Assembly (NCBI GenBank): GCA_040285855.1
Contig: JAUFOQ010000006.1
Coordinates: 1,736,001-1,800,000 of the forward strand
Direction: 5' to 3'
Length of the DNA: 64,000 nt
Origin: Eukaryota sp. GEM-RC1
Lineage: Eukaryota
This document shows, one piece after another, positions 49,080 to 59,884 of the stretch (its first letter is position 1; the number at the start of each line of letters is the position of its first letter). The position numbers and the translations under genes were made by a program. A model generated the notes under the pieces. It ran no database searches. It had not been told where the DNA came from and saw only the letters and a program-made list of their open reading frames with translations.

Positions 49080-50250
49080 AAATTGAGTTCTCAGAGAGTT
49101 GAACTCACGAGCAAATCCACAATTTCACAATTTCTTCATATGATATTGAAAAACATGTCAAGTCTATTATTTTAAAAATTTGCTACTCCGGAAAAATCAC
49201 ACATCTTTTGAGATCTACTGCTCCTTCAATCGCTCTGAACTTTTGTAGATCTTTTTAACGAGTTGAGGATTAATTTTTTTTTGCTTCATTGTTGGAAGTT
49301 GATTCAACGTTACTTAGAAGTGATTTGTTTACTTCTGCTCATTTTGGTGGTATTGTTTTTACCAAATCTTCAATTCTTTGCAAATCTGCTTTTTTAGGCG
49401 GTGGAAAAAATTTCATCTTTGAATTTGTTATTCGATTTCCTAATGATATTTTACTTATTAACCCCAATTCATGCAAATATTTATATGACTTAAACGAAGC
49501 GTTAATCAAATTACCTTTTGATGTTTGGTCTCAGTGATTCCCAGAATCTGTGTCTGAAATACCTGAAAGTTGTTTGACTAATCTTCAGTTCTGTCTGAAA
49601 AAATTACAACAGAAACTCACAAATATTTTTGAAAGCTTGGATTGTAATGTTCCTTGTATATAGTTTCCTTTTTAGAACCAGTTTTGGCTGGTTTGGTTGA
49701 TGATACAGATGTTGACAATTCGTGTGAAAATAGCCGTGGTGATGTCATATTTCCTGGTCTCGATGGTTCTTTCATTATTGCTGATGTTATGTCTATCGAT
49801 GTTTGTAATGATTCCAACAAGAAACTTGCTAAATCTAATGCTAAAAACCCTCTGTTGATTGGTGAAAAATTTAAGAAAGAAAAATGATGTGTCAAATTGA
49901 AATTATTGAATTCGGCTTCACACTCGAATTACTTGTTGTACCCTTTTGTATTTTCACTGTACGGTTCTTTAGGTCAATCTGCAACATCATTACTTGATAT
50001 TTTTGTGAAGATAAAAAAAGACAAAAAACCTAGGACTTTTGATCTTAGATTTTGGAAAAGTCGAATTGTGTTTGCTATCTTTAAAGGTATGGTGACTTCT
50101 GTATCTAGCGCTTTATTATCTCGTGGCAGACATTATGAGGATAAGGTAGGTGAGAATTTCCAGTAAGGCAATCTGGACTTTGAGGATATTGATTATTAGA
50201 TGCATGTACACTGTAGTGTTGTTGTCAATAAAACTTATCAATAAAAAAAA
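49080..50250 (+). mobile_element. RLE-type non-LTR retrotransposon 3' fragment, internally deleted
   Basis: KITHLLRSTAP, FGGIVF, EP..RGDV..IADV..EKFK, PFVFSLYG; poly(A) at 50243-50250; paralogous to 61459-62433. Confidence 0.8.
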
Positions 50251-50269
50251 TTCAAGTTTTGTAGGAAGG

Positions 50270-50810
50270 TTACTTTATTGGGTGCCGAATAAAGTTCTTC
50301 GAGCAAAACCAAGAAAAAAGCTCTGGTGGTAAAGATCTAAGAAGATGATTGATTTTCGATCCAAAACAGACCGCAAATACTGAAAAAGCCAAGTGGTTAT
50401 CGATTTTGAGATCTTGTATGGTCTGCAATTGAACTTTGATTTTCTGAAGGTAATTCTCAATCTGCAAAGGATTGCCAAAATAGGAACCCAAAAAATGGAC
50501 TGCTTCAGTGTTGTAGTCCACAAACTGGATTGATTGCTCACCATACATAAGTTCCGCAAACCGCTTACCAATAAGAAAACATTTAGGTAGTTTGATTTCT
50601 AAACCAATAGATTGAGATAAACTTACAAAATGTTTTAAACCATCCTTAAGAGAAGTTAAAGCACCAGTAAGAGAAGAATCATCAGCGTAAGCACACAAAT
50701 GAATATGAGGAAATCTGTCTTTAAACTTAACTAAAATGGATTGAAGTGCCAAACAAAAGAAAAGAAAAAAGGGTCCTAGAGGATCCCCGGGTTGAACTCA
50801 TCTTGAGATT
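50270..50810 (-). mobile_element. Non-LTR reverse transcriptase fragment
   Basis: VQPGDPLGPF, CAYADD, FLGSYFG and KINHLLRSLPP. Confidence 0.85.
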
Positions 50811-51349
50811 TTATCAAATTTATTGGTTATCTTGAGCAAAAACAATATATCTTCAATAACGACAGTAACAAATAACTAAGTAAAAGAATTTGATCACATT
50901 CATCAATTGTAGCATGATTGGAGTGAGATGTGAGATACTTTATTAAAATTTCCAATAGAAGTTTGACCCCACAGATCAACATTGTACAGCAAGAACAGTT
51001 GCTTTCCTAACGCCTTTGAGTTCAGATTTGGTTTAGTATTTCTTGAAGTCCTTCTTAGCACTACTGAAAAGCATCCCATCTTCATTTCTAGTTGCAGGTA
51101 TTCAACTTAAATCTATATATTTTAAATCTGGATTAGTTCGTTGCTGTTTACGTTTGTTCAAACTTTAATTTTAAGCCACCGTGACTGCATGGTTCTCTGT
51201 TACCTTAGAGTTCAAATGCTTCAACACAATCATACTTTAATCTAAATTGCCATCAAGATAAAACCAGGTTAAAGAAAGTAAAAGAACGTTCTTGAATTAT
51301 CTTATCTTATTGAATAAATCGTATATTGTTGAGTTTGCAAGATATATAT

Positions 51350-52240
51350 CAGGGATCGAAAAAATAAATTGTATTGCAATATATTGAAATAAATAATATT
51401 GCAATTAATATTGCACGTCTTTTGATGCGCAATATATTTATTGCAACACAGGGTTTATTGCAATATGTCGCAACGAGATTTATGCAGAGTAACGCTAACA
51501 AGTCTTGTTCATAAGAACACTTTCTATTACTGCATATCCACTCCAAGTCCAAAAAAAGTTAAAAGGGGACCTACAGTTGGTTTCTATATCACTATTGTCA
51601 TCACTCAGCACATACTTCAAGCAATGAGATTTGTGGAAACTGGTACATGTGTTTGTTTACGTATCAATAAAGACACGTTCCAATCATAGTGGCACCCAGC
51701 AACACAATTTATTTTTTTCGATCCCTGCCCAGAGTCTGTACCAGGAAGCGGGAAGTCTTATCATGTAGTAGGTGGGACTGTAATGAACGTGGTATACGTA
51801 CGTGACGAATCGCTAAAAAGTTCAAACACGTGTGTACATCACATCATAGGAACCATTGAAGTAAATAAGTATTGATACCAACAGAAGAGCAAAGTAGAAA
51901 GATGGGTTGTGAAGTGTGAGCGTCCATTATGATCAGAAGCGGTGTCAAGATTTACAGTACGTTAAGAAGTATAATTAATGTTCTTATGCATGTATCTGAA
52001 AGGGTAACCGACTAAAAGCGCTGACGTTCTAGTAGTGGTTGATTTTCAGTCAGCAGGACGTCTCAATTTCTTACATTTTCTCTAACCAAATTTTTACCCA
52101 AAATATTGCAATATATTGCAATTATTTATTGCAATCATCTCAGTTTCCAATATATTTATTGCAATGATCACATTTTCCAATATATTTATTGTACATTTTT
52201 TATGCTAGAAATATATTGCAATATATTTTTTCGATCCCTG
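51350..52240. mobile_element. Non-autonomous hAT-like element with an extra internal inverted end
   Basis: TIR CAGGGATCGAAAAAATA; TSD ATATATAT; a third TIR copy at ~51706-51727; ATTGCAAT repeats. Confidence 0.8.
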
Positions 52241-52543
52241 ATATATATACTGTTGAGAGAGATGTCACAATAAGAAAACAATAAATATATTTATTGTTAT
52301 TGTACAATATATGTATATATTTTACATTCCTGCTGATGATTGAATCAACCAATAGATTTATTGTTCAAATACGTGCGGAATATCAGACATAAAACCAATC
52401 AGGAAGGAGAGTTATACGGTTAACCCCCCCCACGAAGCAGAAGCCAGCCACGTAATAGAAGCCCCTTAAAGAGGGGGGCTTATAGGGTTAAGCCTCTTAC
52501 TTCTTCATAGCTTGCTCTAGGTGTCGACACGTGTTAGTAACAC

Positions 52544-54310
52544 ATGTTTCCTCCCTCTGAAAGAAGGAAAACTACACTACAGTACTTCCACTTCTACTTA
52601 TGTTATACGAAATTGATCGCCAAGTTCCACCTCATGTTTTCAGCTCTTCAGGCGGTCTCGGAGTGTATGAAACTTTTTAATGATGCTGAAGAACTACCGA
52701 TTGATGCTTTTTTCCATGATGTCTCTTGTAAAGTGAGTCCTTCTACTTCATCTCTAGCAATTGAACGTAGTGGAGATACTCAATTGGTGGATTGGTTGCA
52801 GGGCCTGCTTCCTTCTTTTGGACTTTTCGGAACTGCGAAAGTTCATCACGGAGATGTCATGCTATCACACAGAATGCATCTACTCCGTGTAGGTACATTT
52901 GTGGACCACATGATAACTCTGTCGTCTCATTTGGGTTCGTATCTACTTCTTCCCATCAATAAAGGAACAAATTCATCAAACTCGTATGGTGTGAGACAAG
53001 TTGCCATTGAATGTGTTAATGCTATTGTTTCCAACACAATAATGCTAGGGATGCCCCAAGATCACTCTGTATATGGACTTATCATTATTGGAACAACGAG
53101 GCCTACTACATTGCGTGTTGTTCGTGTTCGGAAAGTCGATCAAGAGGTTAACCAGTTTCACGTCGCTGTCTCACCTGAACTCTCGACAAAGGACTCTTCC
53201 AAAGATTTTGAGAGCACATCTGCTTGGATTTCTCGCCTTTTGATTGCTGTCACGGCTTATGGCATGATTATAGAAAAAGCACTTCAAGAACAAAGAATTA
53301 TGGACCAGTCCCTGACTCTCACTCACTTACGTGCTTACGATGGATATGAGGACCTTTTGAAATTTCTTGAAGATACAGACAAGTGGATTGTGGTCAATGC
53401 CACTCCATGTAAAGCCACTGTGGTGAAGTTTGATGAAGATGGATTTCCTGTTAAATTTGGTTGTGTTAATTTGGGTAGTCCTACCCTTAGAATCATCAAG
53501 CATCCTAGAGGGCGAGGTCCTCAATGGACTATGACGTTTCCAAGGTTGTTTGCAGTTGCAGATCCCGGTGGGGTAAACATTCTAAAGTTTGACACGTCAC
53601 CAAGTCCAAATTCTATTCGTTTGGATCAATTTGTTCTTTTGGCTCTTGACGAAATTCTAGATGTTCAACAATTCGACAATGTTGATTCCAATGTTAAGAA
53701 AATGGTTCATGGTGACACCAGACTGCCCAATTTCTTGTATAATTCGGATAATGGAACTCCTTCTCTATGTTTAATTGATTTTGAGTATTCAAGTTCGGCA
53801 CATGCCAGACAAACGTTGAGCACATCAGCTCGGGCAGATCGTCCACAGATACCTCCTCCGCTTCGGTTTCAAAGGGCAAATGCTTTTGTACCTTTAATGC
53901 CATCCGATGATTTCTACATGTTTTTGTATTCTTTGTTATTGGAAATAGACTTTTCCTGTCAGACAAGTGTTATTAGAGGGAAAATTGAGTTCGGGTATGA
54001 CGATTTTCCACCCTGTATTTCCGAATTAGCTGAGTCGTCGTGTGATTCTGAACAACGTCATTTGTTTGTAGAGCTATTGAGGCCAATCGCTCCTAATCCA
54101 CCCCCTGAGTATCAAACATTCAGAAAACAAGGCGAACGTCGTGAGAACTTTCTTGTGTATGAGGATCAGTTGTACAGAGACATTCGTCGACATTGTGAAC
54201 GAATTAGAAATGAGGAGTTTGCTAAGCTGTCGTTCTATGGTCACCCATCTGAACTTTTCGTTCTTAAGAGATCTATGGGTTCTAGAGTAGTGATGAAATC
54301 TATGTCATAA
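52544..54310 (+). CDS. Atypical kinase-fold protein (start may be ATG 52634)
   Basis: Intact 588-codon ORF with catalytic-loop-like VHGDTRLPNFL and LIDFEYS. Confidence 0.7.
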   Translation: MFPPSERRKTTLQYFHFYLCYTKLIAKFHLMFSALQAVSECMKLFNDAEELPIDAFFHDVSCKVSPSTSSLAIERSGDTQLVDWLQGLLPSFGLFGTAKVHHGDVMLSHRMHLLRVGTFVDHMITLSSHLGSYLLLPINKGTNSSNSYGVRQVAIECVNAIVSNTIMLGMPQDHSVYGLIIIGTTRPTTLRVVRVRKVDQEVNQFHVAVSPELSTKDSSKDFESTSAWISRLLIAVTAYGMIIEKALQEQRIMDQSLTLTHLRAYDGYEDLLKFLEDTDKWIVVNATPCKATVVKFDEDGFPVKFGCVNLGSPTLRIIKHPRGRGPQWTMTFPRLFAVADPGGVNILKFDTSPSPNSIRLDQFVLLALDEILDVQQFDNVDSNVKKMVHGDTRLPNFLYNSDNGTPSLCLIDFEYSSSAHARQTLSTSARADRPQIPPPLRFQRANAFVPLMPSDDFYMFLYSLLLEIDFSCQTSVIRGKIEFGYDDFPPCISELAESSCDSEQRHLFVELLRPIAPNPPPEYQTFRKQGERRENFLVYEDQLYRDIRRHCERIRNEEFAKLSFYGHPSELFVLKRSMGSRVVMKSMS

Positions 54311-54359
54311 GCCCTATGTTATTTACCAATATTTGAGAACTTCTAATAAATATATTGAT

Positions 54360-54515
54360 GGGCATTCTAGATCTCTGCCATTGATCTCTTGTCAATCATA
54401 CACATCAGGAAACACTTAGTCTCAGTGAGACTAACGTGGTGGTGTCAAATGCGACACTTTTCTTCAACCCGTGCGATGACGTGTCACTTATGAAATTCTA
54501 ATATCTCACACCCAC
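54360..54515 (-). ncRNA. Candidate Fanzor omegaRNA scaffold (separated from the gene by a transposon insertion)
   Basis: Directly 3' of the Fanzor stop once 54518-55704 is excised. Contains inverted repeats TTAGTCTCA-G-TGAGACTAA (54416-54434) and GTGTC-N6-GACAC (54442-54457). Confidence 0.3.
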
Positions 54516-54517
54516 TA

Positions 54518-55704
54518 CTACTGTGCGTTTCACCTGAAATGCATATTTCACAACTTTCTTACAGCTCTTTCCCATAGACTTTTCACATCAAAATGCCTTC
54601 ATATCCGTCTCTTCCTTCCAGTGTCTCTGTAATAGTGTGTCCAAACTCATAATCCTTGACTCTCCTGACTCCTTCAAACTGGTATACACTTTTGACATGA
54701 TCAATGCCAAACATTACATGTCAGTCTTGTTACTTGTAAACCTAAGGGCTGCTTGAAACTACTTATGTCTAGATAACAACCATCTTGGGTTCTTACGTGG
54801 TCAGCCAACTTCTCTATTGCCTTTGTGTGTAGTCCCGAGTTATCGAAGCTCTGTGTATAGCAGACATGTGTGATCGTTTTATTAGGTAAACGTATGTATA
54901 TTCTCAATAAATAGCTAGTGCTGAAAGTACCATAGTCTAAGACCATCTTACATATATCATATGAAGAACAGTGGTTCATGAACTGATCACGGACACTGTG
55001 CACCCACGTAAATAACGGAAAACAAAGTCATGACTCATGAGTGGTCATGTTATGTTCAACTCAGATGTGGGTATATTCTGTAGAACGAAGATCTGTTTAT
55101 TGATTAACCCAGGATCGTCGAAAGTGTCGATCCTTGTTCTTGAAGTTCCTAGTTAATTCGTAAACCAGAAGTCTCCTCGAAAGATCCCTTAAGAGAGAAC
55201 CGTGATTGATAGATGGAAGCTGTTGGGTGTCTCTGACTAACAGATTCTCCCCGCATATGCACTGAATGAAGATCTAACTAACGGTAGATACAAAGATACA
55301 AAATGTGACGTCCGTGACGCAACAAGCATAGAACATGTGAAGAGTAGGGGCTTGCGCAGGAGTATAAATATCACCTATCTCGATCATCACACTGTGACAT
55401 AAACGTGTCATGAAGACCGGGATGCTGTGAAATCCGAAGATATCAAGGAGTATAGTGGACGGCGTCTAGGAAGAATCCGCAGCATCAGTATGATAAAGCC
55501 ATGAATATGTCTAAACTGTGCGTACTTCTGTATCTTCACTCGCGTGATGTGTTAGAGTGAAGAGATCTACGTCAGGATCGCAGAGAAGGTCTAAAGATCG
55601 AGTCATGCAGAAAATGATCTGTGTGAAATAATACAATGTGGGGAAATTGGAAAAGTCCCACTACTACTAGTAGCACAAATGCACTTAAAAAAATTTCACA
55701 GTAG
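54518..55704 (-). mobile_element. Internally deleted sister copy of the 40142-42255 DD34E element
   Basis: Same termini and TA flanks. 55500-55704 is the reverse complement of the left end and transposase start of the first copy, and 54518-54553 matches its right end. Confidence 0.85.
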
Positions 55705-55733
55705 TAGCAGCCAGCAAACAAAATAAATTAAGC

Positions 55734-58700
55734 TTAATTTCTACTCAGATACTCCACATGCACTCTCTCATCACTTCCACTCATCCAGTGTTCGAACATG
55801 TTCATCATGTTCAAACAAGCCATCCTGTTGCGATTCCAATACATTTGACTGGGCACTGTATGTCCTTTCTTTTCCCCCTTCAGTCGCTTCTTGACTTCTC
55901 CCAGACAATGTTCACTCTTACACTCTAGTAAGCCATGTGGATGAATCCATTCTCTCTTCTCTCTTGATTTGGGCTTTGGGTTGACAACCTCAATTGAAGT
56001 TTCAAAAACATTTTCATGACATTCTGGACACTTGGACGAAGTGGTTCTCTCATCATTCATCACTGTTAGAAAACCATTTCTCTGAAAGAATGAAGTCCAA
56101 GTCTTAGTTCTCGATGGTGGGCTGTGTTTTAAGTTAGCCATTGGCTTCTGACCTAAATCACCAATACATAGTACGATTTTGTCACGGCTACCAAAAGTTC
56201 TCACAATGCTGTTAACCAATTTAGACTCTGTCTTTTGCTTATGGACATGATTTTGGATTTTGTGAATCCTCCATATATGCAAAGCATAGAAATCTTTAGT
56301 TGCATTGTAGTGAATACATTTATTCAGGATAAACTTTCTAAATTTATTGTAGTTGACTGTCTTAGAGTTCTGATCTTCACCTAACCAAATGTTCCATTCC
56401 TCAATAGTCTTCGTCTGACCTGAGGGACTAGTACCAGATCTCTTTCTGACAAGGTACTGGTGGATTCTTTTATGCTTTCTTGAAACTCTAGACCATTCAG
56501 CATACGTCAATCGTAACAAGTTGTATTTCTTTAGAGGATTTTGAGTTTCCCTATTTGATTTAGATGCCAGTTGTAGCATATCTCTCTTTCCAATGTCCAC
56601 ATAAACCATTTGTTTTGAAATAAAATCAGACCTATCATATTCATTGAAATATTGTACTTTTACTGAAGCTTTACTTGAATCAGGTTTACATTTCATTCCT
56701 TTCAAATCCTTTCTCACAAATTGAAAACAGATAGAAATTCCATCAGTTACAGCAGAGTTGTTGAATTCAAAATTGGCTTTGTGAAGACTTCTGTCATCAC
56801 AGTTAAACCATCTTTTCCAGTAATCTTGTTGTTGTAAATGGGTCATGTTGTTGATCTGCTGTTGAGTCATGTAATTAGTCATTTTTGAATGTAAAGGACC
56901 ACTCTTCTTATCATTATTCTTATATCCAAAGCAGTGCTTAGCCAGTCCCCAAAGGGTTCTAGTGTCTATTGGGAAAAAACAGGGAGTATTCTCTAAACTT
57001 AGAGGAATTACATTCTACAACTTAGCACCCTTTGATTCCAAGTAATCTGAGATTTGAAGCGAATTTCTTAGAAAATGAAGTGGATACTCCTGAACTGTGT
57101 AAAATAAATTATAAACGTCTACAGTTTCATTGTCGTTAGTAGTGATTGAAGTAGGAAATATGATGTTAAATCTTTGAAGTAAATCTGGAATTTTATCAGT
57201 CATTAGGGAATTGATCTGTTCAAATAAATCTGTCATTAATAAACTTAACATTTTCAGGGTGAGTGGCAGAGTTAAAAGAATTAATATACTGTAAGGCTTC
57301 ATGTCTAGGTCGATACAAAATCTGGTCTTTCAACATATTTTAATCGAAATCTGAAGTAACTAGTGAACTATTGAGCTTCACGTCCTGTTAGTCCTGCAAG
57401 TTCTGGACCTAAAACTAAATTCCGTTTCTTTTTCATTCCCGTTTCAAACTCGTTCTTACCCATTACTGTATTGATAAATCTTTTAATGTACAACTCATAA
57501 TTGCGTCGAATATTTAGTTCAAATGCAGGCCACATTTCATACTGAGTAGTGTATTCAAAAGCTCTGCTGATATGATCAAAATCAAGTTCTGGTATATGAC
57601 ATGTGCCAAATGTATCAGTAACACAGTGCTTATATCCGGGATAGTTTGAATTGGCAGTATAGATTCCTTCTCCAGCAACAAAATCACGAAGATCGGTATC
57701 AATTGTTGATATATGACCATATTTTTGCAATTACTTCTGCAAATGCATTTATTTCACTGACTGATCATAAACCCAGTTTTTTTATTTTTGCAATAGTAAA
57801 TTCATGAACTTCAGAAGAAAGATTTCTAATTGAAAGCATTGTATGATAAAACAACTTGTAAACAAACTTAGATAAATCTTGTCCAAGACGATAGCGAGCC
57901 AACAGATATTCTTTAACACACATTGTAGTCTGTTGTCTTAAAGCATTGTAAAACTGAGATCCTAAAAGCATGGCATCTTGAACTCCTTGATGTTTTACCA
58001 CACTAACAACCGATGTTTTAATAGAAGCCCATGATTGAAAAACAATTTTGTCTTTTTGAAATAATATAAACAATTTAAACGCCAGAATTGAATCATTAAG
58101 ACAGTAGTTGATTAGAATTTTCATTCTTTTATCATTTCTTAAACAATCAACTGGGAGTAGGTGATCCAAGTCTTTATCCAATTTCAATTTGGGCTCAGAA
58201 AGTAAATTCCAAGATAAATTGGCTATACTACAACCATACTTGAGACCAATATGCTTCTTTGCAAATAAGAAGGTATCCAAAACTGTAAAACCATTGTGAA
58301 TTTTTTTATGATATCCAGCCATCTACTATGTAAAGGTAACTGAATTGGATTTGGATTTGCCAAAAGGGGGAAGGTCAAGAGCCCACATTCTATTGTCAAT
58401 TATGGGCAAATCAAAATTGAAAACATTATGACCAATAAAAGCAATTGGTTTAGATTCATTAACAATATTACTAGTAGCGTACTTAACCAATAATTCATTT
58501 TCATTTGGGAAGTCCAAAAGATCTAATTTAAAAGCTGGTGTTTCTGATTCACTGAATTTGATTCTATATCTGTAGTCAGTGTAAAGAACGATTGAGTAGT
58601 CAAATTGTAACTCACCTGTAGTTTTGCAATAATGACAGAGATCATGATGATTTGTTGATCTGCGAGAAAATCAAGGTTGTGAGCTTCTTTCTCTAAATCA

Positions 58701-58859
58701 TCCATTAACAATCTTCTCTGTTTCCAAAGACTCTTTTTCCGATCTACGATGTTCATTCAATTCTTTGTTCACTCGTGTAGGAATTCTATCATTGATATTT
58801 CTTGTTTCAATATCAATTATAAAAACTGTAGAAAGGATTGGTGGTCTGGAAGAATTCAT
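55734..58859 (-). pseudogene. PolB-type DEDDy exonuclease - Fanzor1 (TnpB-like) fusion gene, disrupted
   Basis: ExoI IIDIET, ExoII IGHNVFNFDLP, ExoIII NYCLND. Fanzor part: IKTSV, YIKRFIN, PIDT, TDGISI, RuvC-I VYVDIG, IGD, RuvC-II NDERTTSSKCPEC, GLLECKSEHC, RuvC-III WNRNRMACLN. Confidence 0.85.
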
Positions 58860-58920
58860 CAAATCTAGTTTTGTAGTTATTCACTCGCATTAGAATGCAA
58901 GATTTAAGTTAACTAAGCGG

Positions 58921-59620
58921 CAGGCCCTCTCATAAGATAATTTAAACTAATTTGAACATCAAAAAGCAGGCCCTCTCATAAGATAATTTAAAATAATTTG
59001 AACATCCAAAAGTGCCAAAAATAAATGTGAAATAAATATAATTAAAACAAAATAAAACCCAAATTAAAACCAAATATTTTAATGTACATCTAATCTGAGT
59101 CACTATCGATGAATGCACAATCCATTTCATCATCCCTTTCTTGTCGAAATAGGTTAGTTGACTTTCTGCTTCGTATAATTGCTCTGATTGTGTCGTCATT
59201 CCATGAACGTCTGTGGATCTTCAATATTAGTTCAATAATCAGCATTGTGGACGACCATTAGAATCGTTCATAGATCATACGCCCGGATATAGTTGTGGGA
59301 TTGGCTTAGAACACAGATTAAGGCTCGTCTGCGTCGGTTAAGTTCGACATTGAAATGGCAAAGTTTGAGGAAAAATGTCTTGACTTTGATTCTGGGCTGA
59401 GCTTGAGTATTTCACACATCATGTTTCAAGTCAATCAACAACCTTGAGCACTAAATATACCGATGTATAATATATATCAATGAAGTTTACTTTCCGTCAT
59501 TTTATTTATATTTATTTATATTTTGTTTTATTTAGTTTTATTTGCACGATCGCCAAAAAGACTCAAAAATAAATAGAAATAGAAATAAATAGAATTTATA
59601 TCTATTTATGAGGAGCCCTG
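58921..59620. mobile_element. Non-autonomous hAT-like element inserted just upstream of the Fanzor fusion
   Basis: Imperfect TIR CAGGCCCTCTCATAA / TTATGAGGAGCCCTG; TSD CTAAGCGG / CTAAGAGG (7/8); left ~46 bp tandemly duplicated. Confidence 0.75.
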
Positions 59621-59884
59621 CTAAGAGGGGTACGATGTTTGATGAGGGTGCGATTTATGGCCCAAAAACCGTAACCCCTCGCACCCAGCAACTGGTTGAA
59701 CCATAGCTGTTCATGACGTCATGACAAATAAGCAACATATGTCTTGACAAACGTAACATCGTTAAATCGAACAACAAGTCATTATCAGGGATGCCGAAAA
59801 ATATACTGCAATATATATTGTTCGTTTTCACTAATGCAATAAATATATGATGGTTTGCGAATATTGCAATAAATGTATTGATAT

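Noticed and set aside
54360..54434. Helitron 3' end (hairpin plus CTAG) for the Fanzor element
   Set aside because: CTAG is ~45 nt from the hairpin and is not followed by T on the minus strand; no Rep/helicase is seen.
40142..55704. One 15.5-kb composite transposon bounded by long inverted repeats
   Set aside because: Each repeat is the left end of a separate element with its own right end and TA flanks.
15486..58328. TAA/TAG reassigned to Gln (in-frame TAR at 15486, 41665 and 58323-58328)
   Set aside because: GlnRS, NEK, FYVE and others end at TAA/TAG at expected C-termini, and the 1914-codon CNOT1 frame has no internal TAR. In-frame TAR occurs only in duplicates and mobile elements.
58570..58615. 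Possible 46-nt GTGAGT...CTGAC.TACAG intron in the exonuclease region
   Set aside because: Splicing yields an immediate TAG. Adding one A in the adjacent run instead gives a continuous frame into DFPNENELL.
57765..58859. Full DNA polymerase B or Polinton/viral insertion
   Set aside because: No palm motifs (DxxSLYPS, KxxxNSxYG, YGDTDS) and no integrase, capsid or ATPase ORFs are visible nearby.
58920..59012. CRISPR-like direct repeats next to the Fanzor
   Set aside because: Only two abutting ~46-bp copies with no spacer; they are a duplicated hAT terminus.
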